Source: Thermoplasmatota archaeon
Lineage (GTDB): Archaea > Thermoplasmatota > JAQUQK01
DNA length: 38,136 nt
Direction: 5' to 3'
Assembly: GCA_028716125.1 (NCBI GenBank)
Contig: JAQUQK010000003.1
Coordinates: 1-38,136, forward strand
The notes beneath the pieces are model-generated. The model was not told where the DNA came from, did not search any database, and was given only the letters and a program-made list of their open reading frames with translations. This document shows positions 1 to 6,479 of the stretch, piece after piece. The translations under genes were made by a program, and so were the position numbers. The stretch's first letter is position 1; each line of letters opens with the position of its first letter.

Positions 1-166
1 GGCGGCGTAGGCGGCGTTGGCGGCGGCGTTGGCGGCGGCGTAGGCGGCGTTGGCGGCGTTGGCGGCGTTGGCGGCGGCGTAGGCGGCGTTGGCGGCGGCG
101 TTGGCGGCGGCGTAGGCGGCGTTGGCGGCGGCGTAGGCGGCGTTGGCGGCGTTGGCGGCGGCGTTT
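1..166. repeat. Coding tandem repeat of 9- and 12-nt units (GGCGGCGTT / GGCGGCGGCGTT / GGCGGCGTA / GGCGGCGGCGTA), left copy
   Basis: Read directly. Every Ala codon is GCC, every Asn AAC and every Tyr TAC on the coding (minus) strand. The array is still running at nt 1. Confidence 0.95.
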
Positions 167-483
167 CGCACATCATCAAGAGTTATATTGCCTTCCCCTC
201 TTGCCCATTGTTCCGCCACTTCAATGGCCTTCAAAGGTCGCAATTCATCTTTGGGGACATATTTCAGAGCGAGCCGAGCACATTTACAGGCAGTTAAAAC
301 TAATCGCTTTCGCTTTTCGCTACCGATTTCTCCAGACAGATTCCCAATAAGCCAGAGCATCCAGTCGCCACGTTTGCAGTCCTCCCATAATTCCTGTGAG
401 GTTTTGTAATCGTGAGCGGCCTTGACAGCTTCTTCACAGGCGCCGAGTTTTTTAATTTTTAGTATGTATTCGTTGATTTTCAT
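1..483 (-). CDS. Ala/Asn/Tyr-repeat protein, N-terminal 161 codons (gene continues across the circular junction into 37924..38136)
   Basis: ATG at 483..481 is preceded by AGGAG. The ORF is absent from the ORF track because it runs off the edge. It translates as MKINEYILKIKKLGACEEAVKAAHDYKTSQELWEDCKRGDWMLWLIGNLSGEIGSEKRKRLVLTACKCARLALKYVPKDELRPLKAIEVAEQWARGEGNITLDDVRN, followed by (AAAN/AAN/AAY)n. Frame and text match the 37924..38130 ORF. From memory, the helical N-domain resembles Imm5-like putative immunity protein families that end in Ala-rich repeats. Confidence 0.75.
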   Translation of the reverse strand, partial: MKINEYILKIKKLGACEEAVKAAHDYKTSQELWEDCKRGDWMLWLIGNLSGEIGSEKRKRLVLTACKCARLALKYVPKDELRPLKAIEVAEQWARGEGNITLDDVRNAAANAANAAYAAANAAYAAANAAANAAYAAANAANAANAAYAAANAAANAAYAA

Positions 484-586
484 TTTTGCTCCTGATAATT
501 TAATTCTCTTACTCTCTTATATATGGACACTGTGCCCTAACTTCTTAGGGCGGGATGCCCTAAGTGGCGGACAGTATGCCCTAAGT
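484..586. promoter_or_regulatory. Putative origin/operator: AT-rich stretch (484..532) plus four copies of a TGCCCTAAG motif
   Basis: TGCCCTAAC lies at 533..541 and an inverted copy CTTAGGGCG at 544..552. ATGCCCTAAGT occurs at 555..565 and again at 576..586, exactly 21 bp apart. TTAGGG(545..550)/CCCTAA(558..563) form a palindrome. The region lies between the winged-helix gene stop (586) and the next gene start (483). Confidence 0.55.
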
Positions 587-957
587 CATAACAAGGATTT
601 CACCGAAGATTTCACGGGTTTTGAACTCATTTTTGCGGCCAACATTTTTACCATCGTAGCCGCTCCCACATTCTCAAATAGCGGCCCGGCAGTTAAGCGT
701 TTCGGATGCACATATAAAATTCTGCGATACTTAGTTTCATAAAGAGCCGTCAACCATTCTTTGCGTATTAACTTGCCGACAAGCCGCCGAACAGTCCGCG
801 AATCCATCTTCAACTCTTCGCCGAGCGTGGCGTTGCTTTCAAAACAACCGCCATTGCCCCACCTTAAAATCCTGCAAACTATCAACGCTTCAAAGGTAGT
901 CAGGTCCGGGGCCTTCATCACCCACCTAAACAGCGGTGTGAAACTCGGATAAGTCAA
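586..957 (-). CDS. Winged-helix DNA-binding protein (HTH_36 / replication-initiator N-domain-like)
   Basis: ORF track, 123 aa. The segment ESNATLGEELKMDSRTVRRLVGKLIRKEWL is a typical wHTH recognition region. Iterons start at its stop codon. Confidence 0.6.
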   Translation of the reverse strand: MTYPSFTPLFRWVMKAPDLTTFEALIVCRILRWGNGGCFESNATLGEELKMDSRTVRRLVGKLIRKEWLTALYETKYRRILYVHPKRLTAGPLFENVGAATMVKMLAAKMSSKPVKSSVKSLL

Positions 958-975
958 ATGCGGCCTCCCTGCCGT

Positions 976-1299
976 TTATCTGTCGCCAGCTTCGGTGTCG
1001 GGGTTATCGTCCTTGAACATATCGGGTTCTTCGGCGGCGGGTTCTTCACCTGCGGGCATCGTGGCTTGCGTCTGCTCAAAAGTAATTCTGATTCTGTCGC
1101 CGCCGTCAATCCAGCGAGAGAACTGTTCGAACTGGCCGCCAGTCATATTCAGACCTTCAAATTTCGGGTCAGCCGTATTAACCTTTTTGTTTAAGGCAAT
1201 CAACTTCGCCTCGACAACAATCTTCGGGAACGCTTCGGGCGGTGCGGATTGAGTTTCGTCTTTTGATTTTTGGCTTCCTTTTTTGCGGTTCTTTGCCAT
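976..1299 (-). CDS. Hypothetical protein with basic N-terminus and acidic C-terminal tail
   Basis: ORF track, 107 aa. Sits in the operon with short gaps. No motif recognised. Confidence 0.55.
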   Translation of the reverse strand: MAKNRKKGSQKSKDETQSAPPEAFPKIVVEAKLIALNKKVNTADPKFEGLNMTGGQFEQFSRWIDGGDRIRITFEQTQATMPAGEEPAAEEPDMFKDDNPDTEAGDR

Positions 1300-1337
1300 A
1301 ATTTGACCTCCTTGTTAAGTGGTTAAGTAGTAACTAT

Positions 1338-1796
1338 TTACGTTGTTTTTCCTGCCGGCAGTAACGCCTTAAATCCTTTTTCTTTTAACGCTTCAAAATA
1401 GGTTTGCCGTTTTTGGTAATCGTAAACATAGGGCAGAAACACCTCCATCATTTCTACCTGCGATAATTCAATTAAAGCCATCTGTGCATCTACCCAATCG
1501 AGCAGTATTTTCCAAGCCGTTCTTTCTGCCTGTTCGCCTAATTTCTGAATTGTTTCCGGGCGCGTCCTGCTGGATAGATTTTGTCGCAAAATCTTTTCGC
1601 ACTCCGGCAATCGCGCGGGTAATTTGTATGGAATTTCCGCCCCTTCATATAGCATAATAAAACAGATACCCGAAACCCTTTGTTTGCCATCGTAGAGTTT
1701 CAGTATTTGTTTCGCGCCGTGCTGTACCAGCTTTTCCTCGATGTATGAAATCGAGCGACTCGCCGATACTGATGATGTATAGTTTTTGAGACTCAT
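1338..1796 (-). CDS. Hypothetical protein
   Basis: ORF track, 152 aa. Its start shares nt 1796 with the upstream gene's stop codon. Confidence 0.6.
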   Translation of the reverse strand: MSLKNYTSSVSASRSISYIEEKLVQHGAKQILKLYDGKQRVSGICFIMLYEGAEIPYKLPARLPECEKILRQNLSSRTRPETIQKLGEQAERTAWKILLDWVDAQMALIELSQVEMMEVFLPYVYDYQKRQTYFEALKEKGFKALLPAGKTT

Positions 1797-2077
1797 TAGG
1801 ACACCTTTTTTTGTTGTCTTAATTTGATTCCGAACGGTTGAGCGGCATTCGGGTTATACCAATACTCACACCCGTTAGGTAATCTGTCCTTACAACAACC
1901 TACTTTGCCGTGAAAGCACTCTGAGCATTTATACTGTTGACCGTATTGACGCATAATCTTTATGCTTCGCTGCCGCCTTCTTTTGGCCTTCAATCGTACC
2001 TGCTTGTCAATGAATGCGCCGCGCTCTTCGGCGGATAAACTTCGCCACCAATGTTGTCGCTCTCTCTTAGACTTCAC
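1796..2077 (-). CDS. Hypothetical basic, Cys-rich protein
   Basis: ORF track, 93 aa, containing CSECFHGKVGCCKDRLPNGC. Overlaps both neighbours as in an operon. Confidence 0.5.
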   Translation of the reverse strand: MKSKRERQHWWRSLSAEERGAFIDKQVRLKAKRRRQRSIKIMRQYGQQYKCSECFHGKVGCCKDRLPNGCEYWYNPNAAQPFGIKLRQQKKVS

Positions 2078-2738
2078 TTTCAGACTTCTCCTCTAACGTA
2101 GCCAGTTCATCACAGAAATACATTAACTTCACGATGGGATTGTGATACCAGGCGTTTGCCATTGAGTTGCCGTAACGCCGTTTCTTGCTCTCCTCTTTGC
2201 TCAAGTTTTCATCTTCGGAGTGGTCGCCGCGCAGGGGGTATTCACCTTGTTGCCAATCGTCTTTGTCGTAAAACTCATTACAGCCGTAAGGCCCCATGTG
2301 ATACTTAATCATCAACTTTTCGAGGTCTGTCAGCTTGATAAACTTCTCAATGCGCTCGATGCTCAGTAAGGCGTGGCCTTTGGGCTGGCTCTTGTTCCAC
2401 TGATAAGGGGCTTCGCTGCCGAGGTAGGCGCCGACTTTGCAGACATCGTGCAACAAGGCGGCGATAACGATTGTATTTTCGTCCATCGGTAGTGGTTGTT
2501 GCCCGGGCGCCGATGCTTTTCCGAGGTCGAATTTGTTCTGATATCTGCTCAGCAATTCATAGACCCCTAAAGAGTGCTTCGCTAAGCCGCCCGGATAAGC
2601 ACTGTGAAACTTCGTAGAGGCCGGGGATTTGAAAAAACCGTTCTCCTCAAGCCATTTTATCAGTTCGTCTATCCCGGCGCGGCCTGTGCCTTTTAACAGG
2701 CCAATTATGATGTCCTTAACGTCTTTAGTCTTGCTCAT
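2067..2738 (-). CDS. HD-domain phosphohydrolase
   Basis: 223 aa with KFHS...KHSLGV...AALLHDVCK, the H...HD metal-binding signature. Confidence 0.8.
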   Translation of the reverse strand: MSKTKDVKDIIIGLLKGTGRAGIDELIKWLEENGFFKSPASTKFHSAYPGGLAKHSLGVYELLSRYQNKFDLGKASAPGQQPLPMDENTIVIAALLHDVCKVGAYLGSEAPYQWNKSQPKGHALLSIERIEKFIKLTDLEKLMIKYHMGPYGCNEFYDKDDWQQGEYPLRGDHSEDENLSKEESKKRRYGNSMANAWYHNPIVKLMYFCDELATLEEKSESEV

Positions 2739-2761
2739 TGTTCCGTCCTTTCTAAAATCAA

Positions 2762-3016
2762 TTATGTTATTCCGCCATCCAGTAAGGGCAGGTTTTCTAT
2801 TATCTCGCAGACGCCCTCATAAGTTTTTACGGGCATCCTCTCCTCATTGCCGCACAACTGATTTCTGCCACAATATACAGGTGTCGCCTTTAAGCCGTTC
2901 CTGTCTTTAACAGCCATCTTTGCCTCGTAAACAGCATCGTAGTATTGAGCAATGATATTTTCTAATTGCCAGATTCGTTCCTTGTACTTAACGGCGTAAT
3001 GTTTTTTTGTTTTCAT
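2762..3016 (-). CDS. Hypothetical protein
   Basis: ORF track, 84 aa, placed within the operon. Confidence 0.5.
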   Translation of the reverse strand: MKTKKHYAVKYKERIWQLENIIAQYYDAVYEAKMAVKDRNGLKATPVYCGRNQLCGNEERMPVKTYEGVCEIIENLPLLDGGIT

Positions 3017-3018
3017 AT

Positions 3019-3456
3019 CTAAAATGGGTATTCGTTTCCGTCTGCGTCGCGGCCTCTGTATTCGCCGTCAACTTCCAAGTCCATATAGTTCGTTTCTTCT
3101 ATTACTGCGGCCTGTTTTTTCAGATCCGCCAAAAGTATCTTGAGGTCCGGTTGTTCGGGGATGATTACTTTGGATTCGCGGTAGCGGCATATTACACTCC
3201 ACCGCTCTTCACCCTCGAGCGCAACTTCTAACTTTAGCCAAAACTCCTGCTTGTTGTGGTGCGCGGCCTTGTGGTGTTCTACACATAAGGGTACTCCGAA
3301 AATCGGAGTCCACCTGAAAAACCAAACACTCCGCCAGCGGCCGCCAAATATATGATGCGCTTCCAAGTTTTGACGCTCAGGACAAAATAAACACTTGCCG
3401 GGGGCCTTCACTATGTAACGCCAAACTTCATCGAGTTTTGTTTCGAGGTAATTCAT
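3019..3456 (-). CDS. HNH/zinc-finger nuclease-like protein
   Basis: 145 aa with CLFCPERQNLEAHHIFGG...PLCVEHHKAAHHNKQ, a CxxC...HH...CxxHH...H arrangement. Confidence 0.5.
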   Translation of the reverse strand: MNYLETKLDEVWRYIVKAPGKCLFCPERQNLEAHHIFGGRWRSVWFFRWTPIFGVPLCVEHHKAAHHNKQEFWLKLEVALEGEERWSVICRYRESKVIIPEQPDLKILLADLKKQAAVIEETNYMDLEVDGEYRGRDADGNEYPF

Positions 3457-3463
3457 TTTTTAA

Positions 3464-3537
3464 TTGCGGGGGCCGGATTCGAACCGGCGACCTGCGGCTT
3501 ATGAGGCCACCGAGCTACCAGACTGCTCTACCCCGCT
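3464..3537 (-). tRNA. tRNA-Met, anticodon CAU, with initiator-like features
   Basis: Hand-folded cloverleaf: AGCGGGG-UA-GAGC-AGUCUGGUA-GCUC-G-GUGGC-CUCAUAA-GCCGC-AGGUC-GCCGG-UUCGAAU-CCGGC-CCCCGCA-A. It has a GG in the D loop and a T-loop UUCGAAU. No CCA is encoded. It fills the gap between two CDSs. Confidence 0.85.
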
Positions 3538-3542
3538 GTAAA

Positions 3543-3842
3543 CTATGCAACAATGGTCGTTGAATTTTTCGCTTTGACGATTTTCTTTAATTCATACAGA
3601 CCGACTTCGCAGGTTTCGTCTTGGTCAATCATCTGCGTTATGTCGGTGTGTGCGTCCAAACTAACCTCGTTGTTGCCTTCGTATTTGCGGTAACGAACAA
3701 ACACTCTTTTGGGTAACTTTTTCAGCATTTCAAAATCTCCTTTATCCTTTGGCCTTTTCCTTGCGCACTCGATACAAAGGCCATCGTAAAGAGGCACATC
3801 TTCCTTGCCGCATTCGCTACATTTACCAAAACTATTTCCCAT
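3543..3842 (-). CDS. Zinc-ribbon protein
   Basis: 99 aa with CSECGKEDVPLYDGLCIEC near the N-terminus. Confidence 0.6.
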   Translation of the reverse strand: MGNSFGKCSECGKEDVPLYDGLCIECARKRPKDKGDFEMLKKLPKRVFVRYRKYEGNNEVSLDAHTDITQMIDQDETCEVGLYELKKIVKAKNSTTIVA

Positions 3843-3981
3843 TTTTTTTAATTTCTATAATTGAATCTTTGTCTTTAACTATCGAAGTAAAAACGACACC
3901 CTTTATTCTCTTGAAAACAAGTTCGGCAATTCTTTTATAAAGTTGATACCGTCCCTGTTTTCTGCTTATCTTGTTCTGCAT
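3832..3981 (-). CDS. Small basic protein (49 aa), below the ORF-track cut-off
   Basis: Hand translation: MQNKISRKQGRYQLYKRIAELVFKRIKGVVFTSIVKDKDSIIEIKKNGK. The ATG follows 2 nt after the upstream stop, and its stop overlaps the next start. It fills an otherwise empty 140-nt gap. Confidence 0.35.
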   Translation of the reverse strand: MQNKISRKQGRYQLYKRIAELVFKRIKGVVFTSIVKDKDSIIEIKKNGK

Positions 3982-3983
3982 CT

Positions 3984-4670
3984 TTAATCTACATAACTGT
4001 TTTTGCGGTATTCGTCCGGCACAAGTGTTGCGTCAACAATCTGTATATTCCACTCCAACGAAACCAGCACGCCGGGGATATTAAGGGGACATTCAACCTT
4101 GATTTTCTCGACTGCTTTATCTACTGCGGCCTGAATCTTGTCTTTGTCGGGGATTCGGCGGACCGTATCAGTGCTGCGGACTTTTAACATATCTACCGGC
4201 TTTTCGACCGGCTTTATGCTTGAACCATCGCCGCCTTTAGACACGCTGATGTTCTGCCGGCGAATTGCTTCTCTGGCGGCCTTCTCCTCCGCCGCCCTTA
4301 TCTTAGCGGCCTCGGCATCCCGGAAGGCGTCTCTTTCGCGGTTCTTTGCCGTTATCACATCGTCGCACATCGCCAGTATCGGTTTGAACATCGCATTGAC
4401 CGTATCGGTGAAACGCTTCGGCTCATCGAGAATCTTCTTGCGCAGTTCGTCAACGGCTTTGCGACCAGCTTTGACCCTGCCTATCAGAATGTTTGCGTGG
4501 TCAGAGGAATTGAAATCGACTATCTTTAAAGCTGTCAGTTCTTCGCAGACAATCTCCGCCTCTTTGTAAACTCTCTCGATAGCCGATGCCTCTGCTATCG
4601 CTGTAACCTGTACCGGCCGTATTGCGGTTTCAGGCGGTTTGACTCTTTTGGTTTTTACTGCCGTTTGCAT
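3984..4670 (-). CDS. Coiled-coil protein, possibly Gp157/DUF1351-like (recombination-module accessory)
   Basis: 228 aa with a long Ala/Arg/Glu-rich helix and a C-terminal beta region ending ...VDATLVPDEYRK. Family assignment is from memory only. Confidence 0.5.
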   Translation of the reverse strand: MQTAVKTKRVKPPETAIRPVQVTAIAEASAIERVYKEAEIVCEELTALKIVDFNSSDHANILIGRVKAGRKAVDELRKKILDEPKRFTDTVNAMFKPILAMCDDVITAKNRERDAFRDAEAAKIRAAEEKAAREAIRRQNISVSKGGDGSSIKPVEKPVDMLKVRSTDTVRRIPDKDKIQAAVDKAVEKIKVECPLNIPGVLVSLEWNIQIVDATLVPDEYRKNSYVD

Positions 4671-4674
4671 TTTG

Positions 4675-5223
4675 TTACCTCCTTAAGTGTTTCAGTTCTC
4701 GTTTCAGGGCGTCGCGCTGCGCTATCAATAGGCCGCGCGTCTCTAAGTCTTTGCCTTCTACGTTTTTTATTTTTTGCAGACGTTTTGTTTCGGCGGTTAT
4801 CTTCGGGGCCAGTCCTTTAAGTTCTTTGTCGATGTTCCTGATGCGCTGCGCTTTCTGTTCGACTGTCAGCACTTTGCCTGAGCCAAAGTCTCTGAAAAAC
4901 TTTGCTATCGTTGCCGCAGCTTCCCCCGGTGTTAATTTGCTGATGTTAATTTCGTCCTGCATTTCGGCGGGGAGATTTTCTTTCTCCCTTATCTGTGCCT
5001 GGTAAAATTGATTGACGCAAAGGGTTTCGAGATAATCCGTTGCTATATCGGGACTTACGAAACGGGGGACATCGGCGGTCATTTCAAAGGATACACGACA
5101 GTTTTCGTAATTGGCGGTTTTGATTACCCCGCCGTAACGGACGGTAATTTCTTTGACCTTGACGGCCTGAGCGATTGAGATTCGTCGCCTACGTTTGACT
5201 TTGTGTTTTTTCTTCATAGCCAT
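4675..5223 (-). CDS. Hypothetical coiled-coil protein
   Basis: ORF track, 182 aa, placed within the operon. Confidence 0.6.
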   Translation of the reverse strand: MAMKKKHKVKRRRRISIAQAVKVKEITVRYGGVIKTANYENCRVSFEMTADVPRFVSPDIATDYLETLCVNQFYQAQIREKENLPAEMQDEINISKLTPGEAAATIAKFFRDFGSGKVLTVEQKAQRIRNIDKELKGLAPKITAETKRLQKIKNVEGKDLETRGLLIAQRDALKRELKHLRR

Positions 5224-5567
5224 TTATACTCCAATCCTTTTTTGACAACTTTTTCAGACCAAAACGTGCTTTGCTCTAAGGGGACAACTCGATAGTAGTT
5301 ATTGCCGCCCTTGCCTCTTGATTCATCTATCATAAGACCGACCTTGACTAAGGCGTGGCGGACTTCGTTGATTCTGGCGTTATATTGGCGACCTATCTGA
5401 GCCAAATCGCTTGTGGTCAATACCTGCCTCATACGCTCGGCGATTTTGAAAAGCCGGTATATCTGCAATGCTTGAGCGGACAAGCGGGCTTCGTCCTCCG
5501 GGTTTAAGACAGAAGGATTAAGCAGCATTTCAAAGGTCAACTGATTTTCAGCAACAACACCGTTCAT
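5214..5567 (-). CDS. Winged-helix DNA-binding protein
   Basis: 117 aa. The segment TTSDLAQIGRQYNARINEVRHALVKVGLMIDE resembles a wHTH. Confidence 0.5.
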   Translation of the reverse strand: MNGVVAENQLTFEMLLNPSVLNPEDEARLSAQALQIYRLFKIAERMRQVLTTSDLAQIGRQYNARINEVRHALVKVGLMIDESRGKGGNNYYRVVPLEQSTFWSEKVVKKGLEYKWL

Positions 5568-5899
5568 TACATACCCGCTTTCTTACAGTGATAGACCCCC
5601 TGCTGGTAACAAAAGGCCGCTTCGTAACCTTCTCGAAATTCAGACCCAAGTATGCCGTCAACTTTGATGGGGGGCTTCCCGGCCTTACTGAGCACTTCGT
5701 TGACCCACTCCTGCAATTCAGACGGAGAGGGTAGTGTCTGGACTTCCTCTGCCTGATTCGGCGGCATTGCTTCAAATTCCAGAGGGGGCAGAAGCCACAT
5801 TGCCACGCCGCCGATAACCAATACGGCAATCAAAAAAAGATAACACCGCAAGGGTGTGCCGCCTTCGTCAATCCTAATTTTTACAGGTTCATCGTTCAT
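5567..5899 (-). CDS. Membrane-anchored protein with peptidoglycan-binding-like C-terminus
   Basis: 110 aa. One TM segment (LRCYLFLIAVLVIGGVAMWLL). The stretch IKVDGILGSEFREGYEAAF resembles the vDGi.G..t..A..F core of PG_binding_1. Confidence 0.45.
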   Translation of the reverse strand: MNDEPVKIRIDEGGTPLRCYLFLIAVLVIGGVAMWLLPPLEFEAMPPNQAEEVQTLPSPSELQEWVNEVLSKAGKPPIKVDGILGSEFREGYEAAFCYQQGVYHCKKAGM

Positions 5900-6180
5900 T
5901 CTTCGTTCTCCTGGTCAAAAGCAATTTTGCACGCCGAAACTTCAAGCCGTTCGGACTTCGGCAATTTAGAATCTTCGGGCCCCGCCGTATCGCAAAAGTA
6001 TTCCAGTGTGGCTTCGTCCTGAATCATACAATCCTTGCAACCCTGAGTATTGCAATGAGCGCAGTTCACAAGACAGCCCCGATGCACTTCCGCACCACAG
6101 GCAGGACACGCTACTACTTCGTATTGATACATCTGGCCGCCACAGGCGGCACAACTACCGGCGTAATCTTCGCTACTCAT
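5896..6180 (-). CDS. Cys-rich zinc-finger protein (first gene of the early operon)
   Basis: The ORF track extends to 6222, but the ATG at 6180 (MSSEDYAGSCAACGG...) has a GAGG RBS. The extension would run into a 9-bp hairpin. Confidence 0.55.
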   Translation of the reverse strand: MSSEDYAGSCAACGGQMYQYEVVACPACGAEVHRGCLVNCAHCNTQGCKDCMIQDEATLEYFCDTAGPEDSKLPKSERLEVSACKIAFDQENEE

Positions 6181-6194
6181 TTTTACCTCATAAC

Positions 6195-6227
6195 AGGCGT
6201 TGCGGTCCTCCTTGACCTGCAACGCCT
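6195..6227 (-). promoter_or_regulatory. Perfect 9-bp stem-loop in the early-operon leader
   Basis: AGGCGTTGC-N15-GCAACGCCT. On the minus strand the loop contains AAGGAGGA. The hairpin ends about 14 nt before the ATG at 6180. Confidence 0.4.
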
Positions 6228-6268
6228 AAACGCTTCGATAAAAGCCATAGGAGGAGGGTGAAAAAAGC

Positions 6269-6286
6269 TGTGCCAAAGTTGGCACA
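6269..6286. promoter_or_regulatory. Perfect palindrome TGTGCCAA-AG-TTGGCACA (candidate operator)
   Basis: Read directly. It lies 16 nt upstream of the -35 of the int promoter, in the divergent early/int control region. Confidence 0.5.
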
Positions 6287-6301
6287 AAGCTAAGAAAAAT
6301 C

Positions 6302-6330
6302 TTGACTTGTTCTGGGGATTCTGTTAGACT
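6302..6330 (+). promoter_or_regulatory. sigma70-like promoter for the integrase (TTGACT-17-TAGACT)
   Basis: The -35 is at 6302..6307 and the -10 at 6325..6330, with a 17-nt spacer. Confidence 0.45.
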
Positions 6331-6479
6331 TTTTTACCGAAAGAGGAGCGGTGAAACCTTAGATATGTTATGTTTCATTTACCCCTTTTTTAAGTGTTGC
6401 TGTGCCATGCGTTTGACACAGCGACCAAAAATAACCTTGTTCGATACCTGGTATCAGTTTATATCAGGCAAGGGTTTGG

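Noticed and set aside
1-166. The regular GGCGGCGTT/GGCGGCGGCGTA repeats at both window ends might be a CRISPR array or a non-coding satellite.
   Set aside because: The period is 9-12 nt with no spacers. The array is in frame with flanking unique coding sequence on the minus strand and translates to (AAN/AAAN/AAY)n. It is a coding tandem repeat.
545-563. TTAGGG/CCCTAA units might be telomere-like sequences.
   Set aside because: These are isolated inverted half-sites in intergenic regulatory positions of a circular or terminally redundant genome, not terminal tandem arrays.
3464-3537. The tRNA might be the attP or integration-site fragment for the integrase.
   Set aside because: It is a complete 74-nt cloverleaf embedded in the early operon, 3 kb from int. 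attP sites usually carry only the 3' portion of a host tRNA. A role in integration cannot be fully excluded without host data.
5548-5829. Same-strand ORFs lie in alternative frames (5548..5829, 5966..6154, 25592..25837, 26142..26495, 28691..28915, 34127..34327, 35631..35819).
   Set aside because: Each is nested in a longer ORF that has recognisable motifs or operon coupling. Their translations are Arg/Cys/Ser-rich off-frame products.
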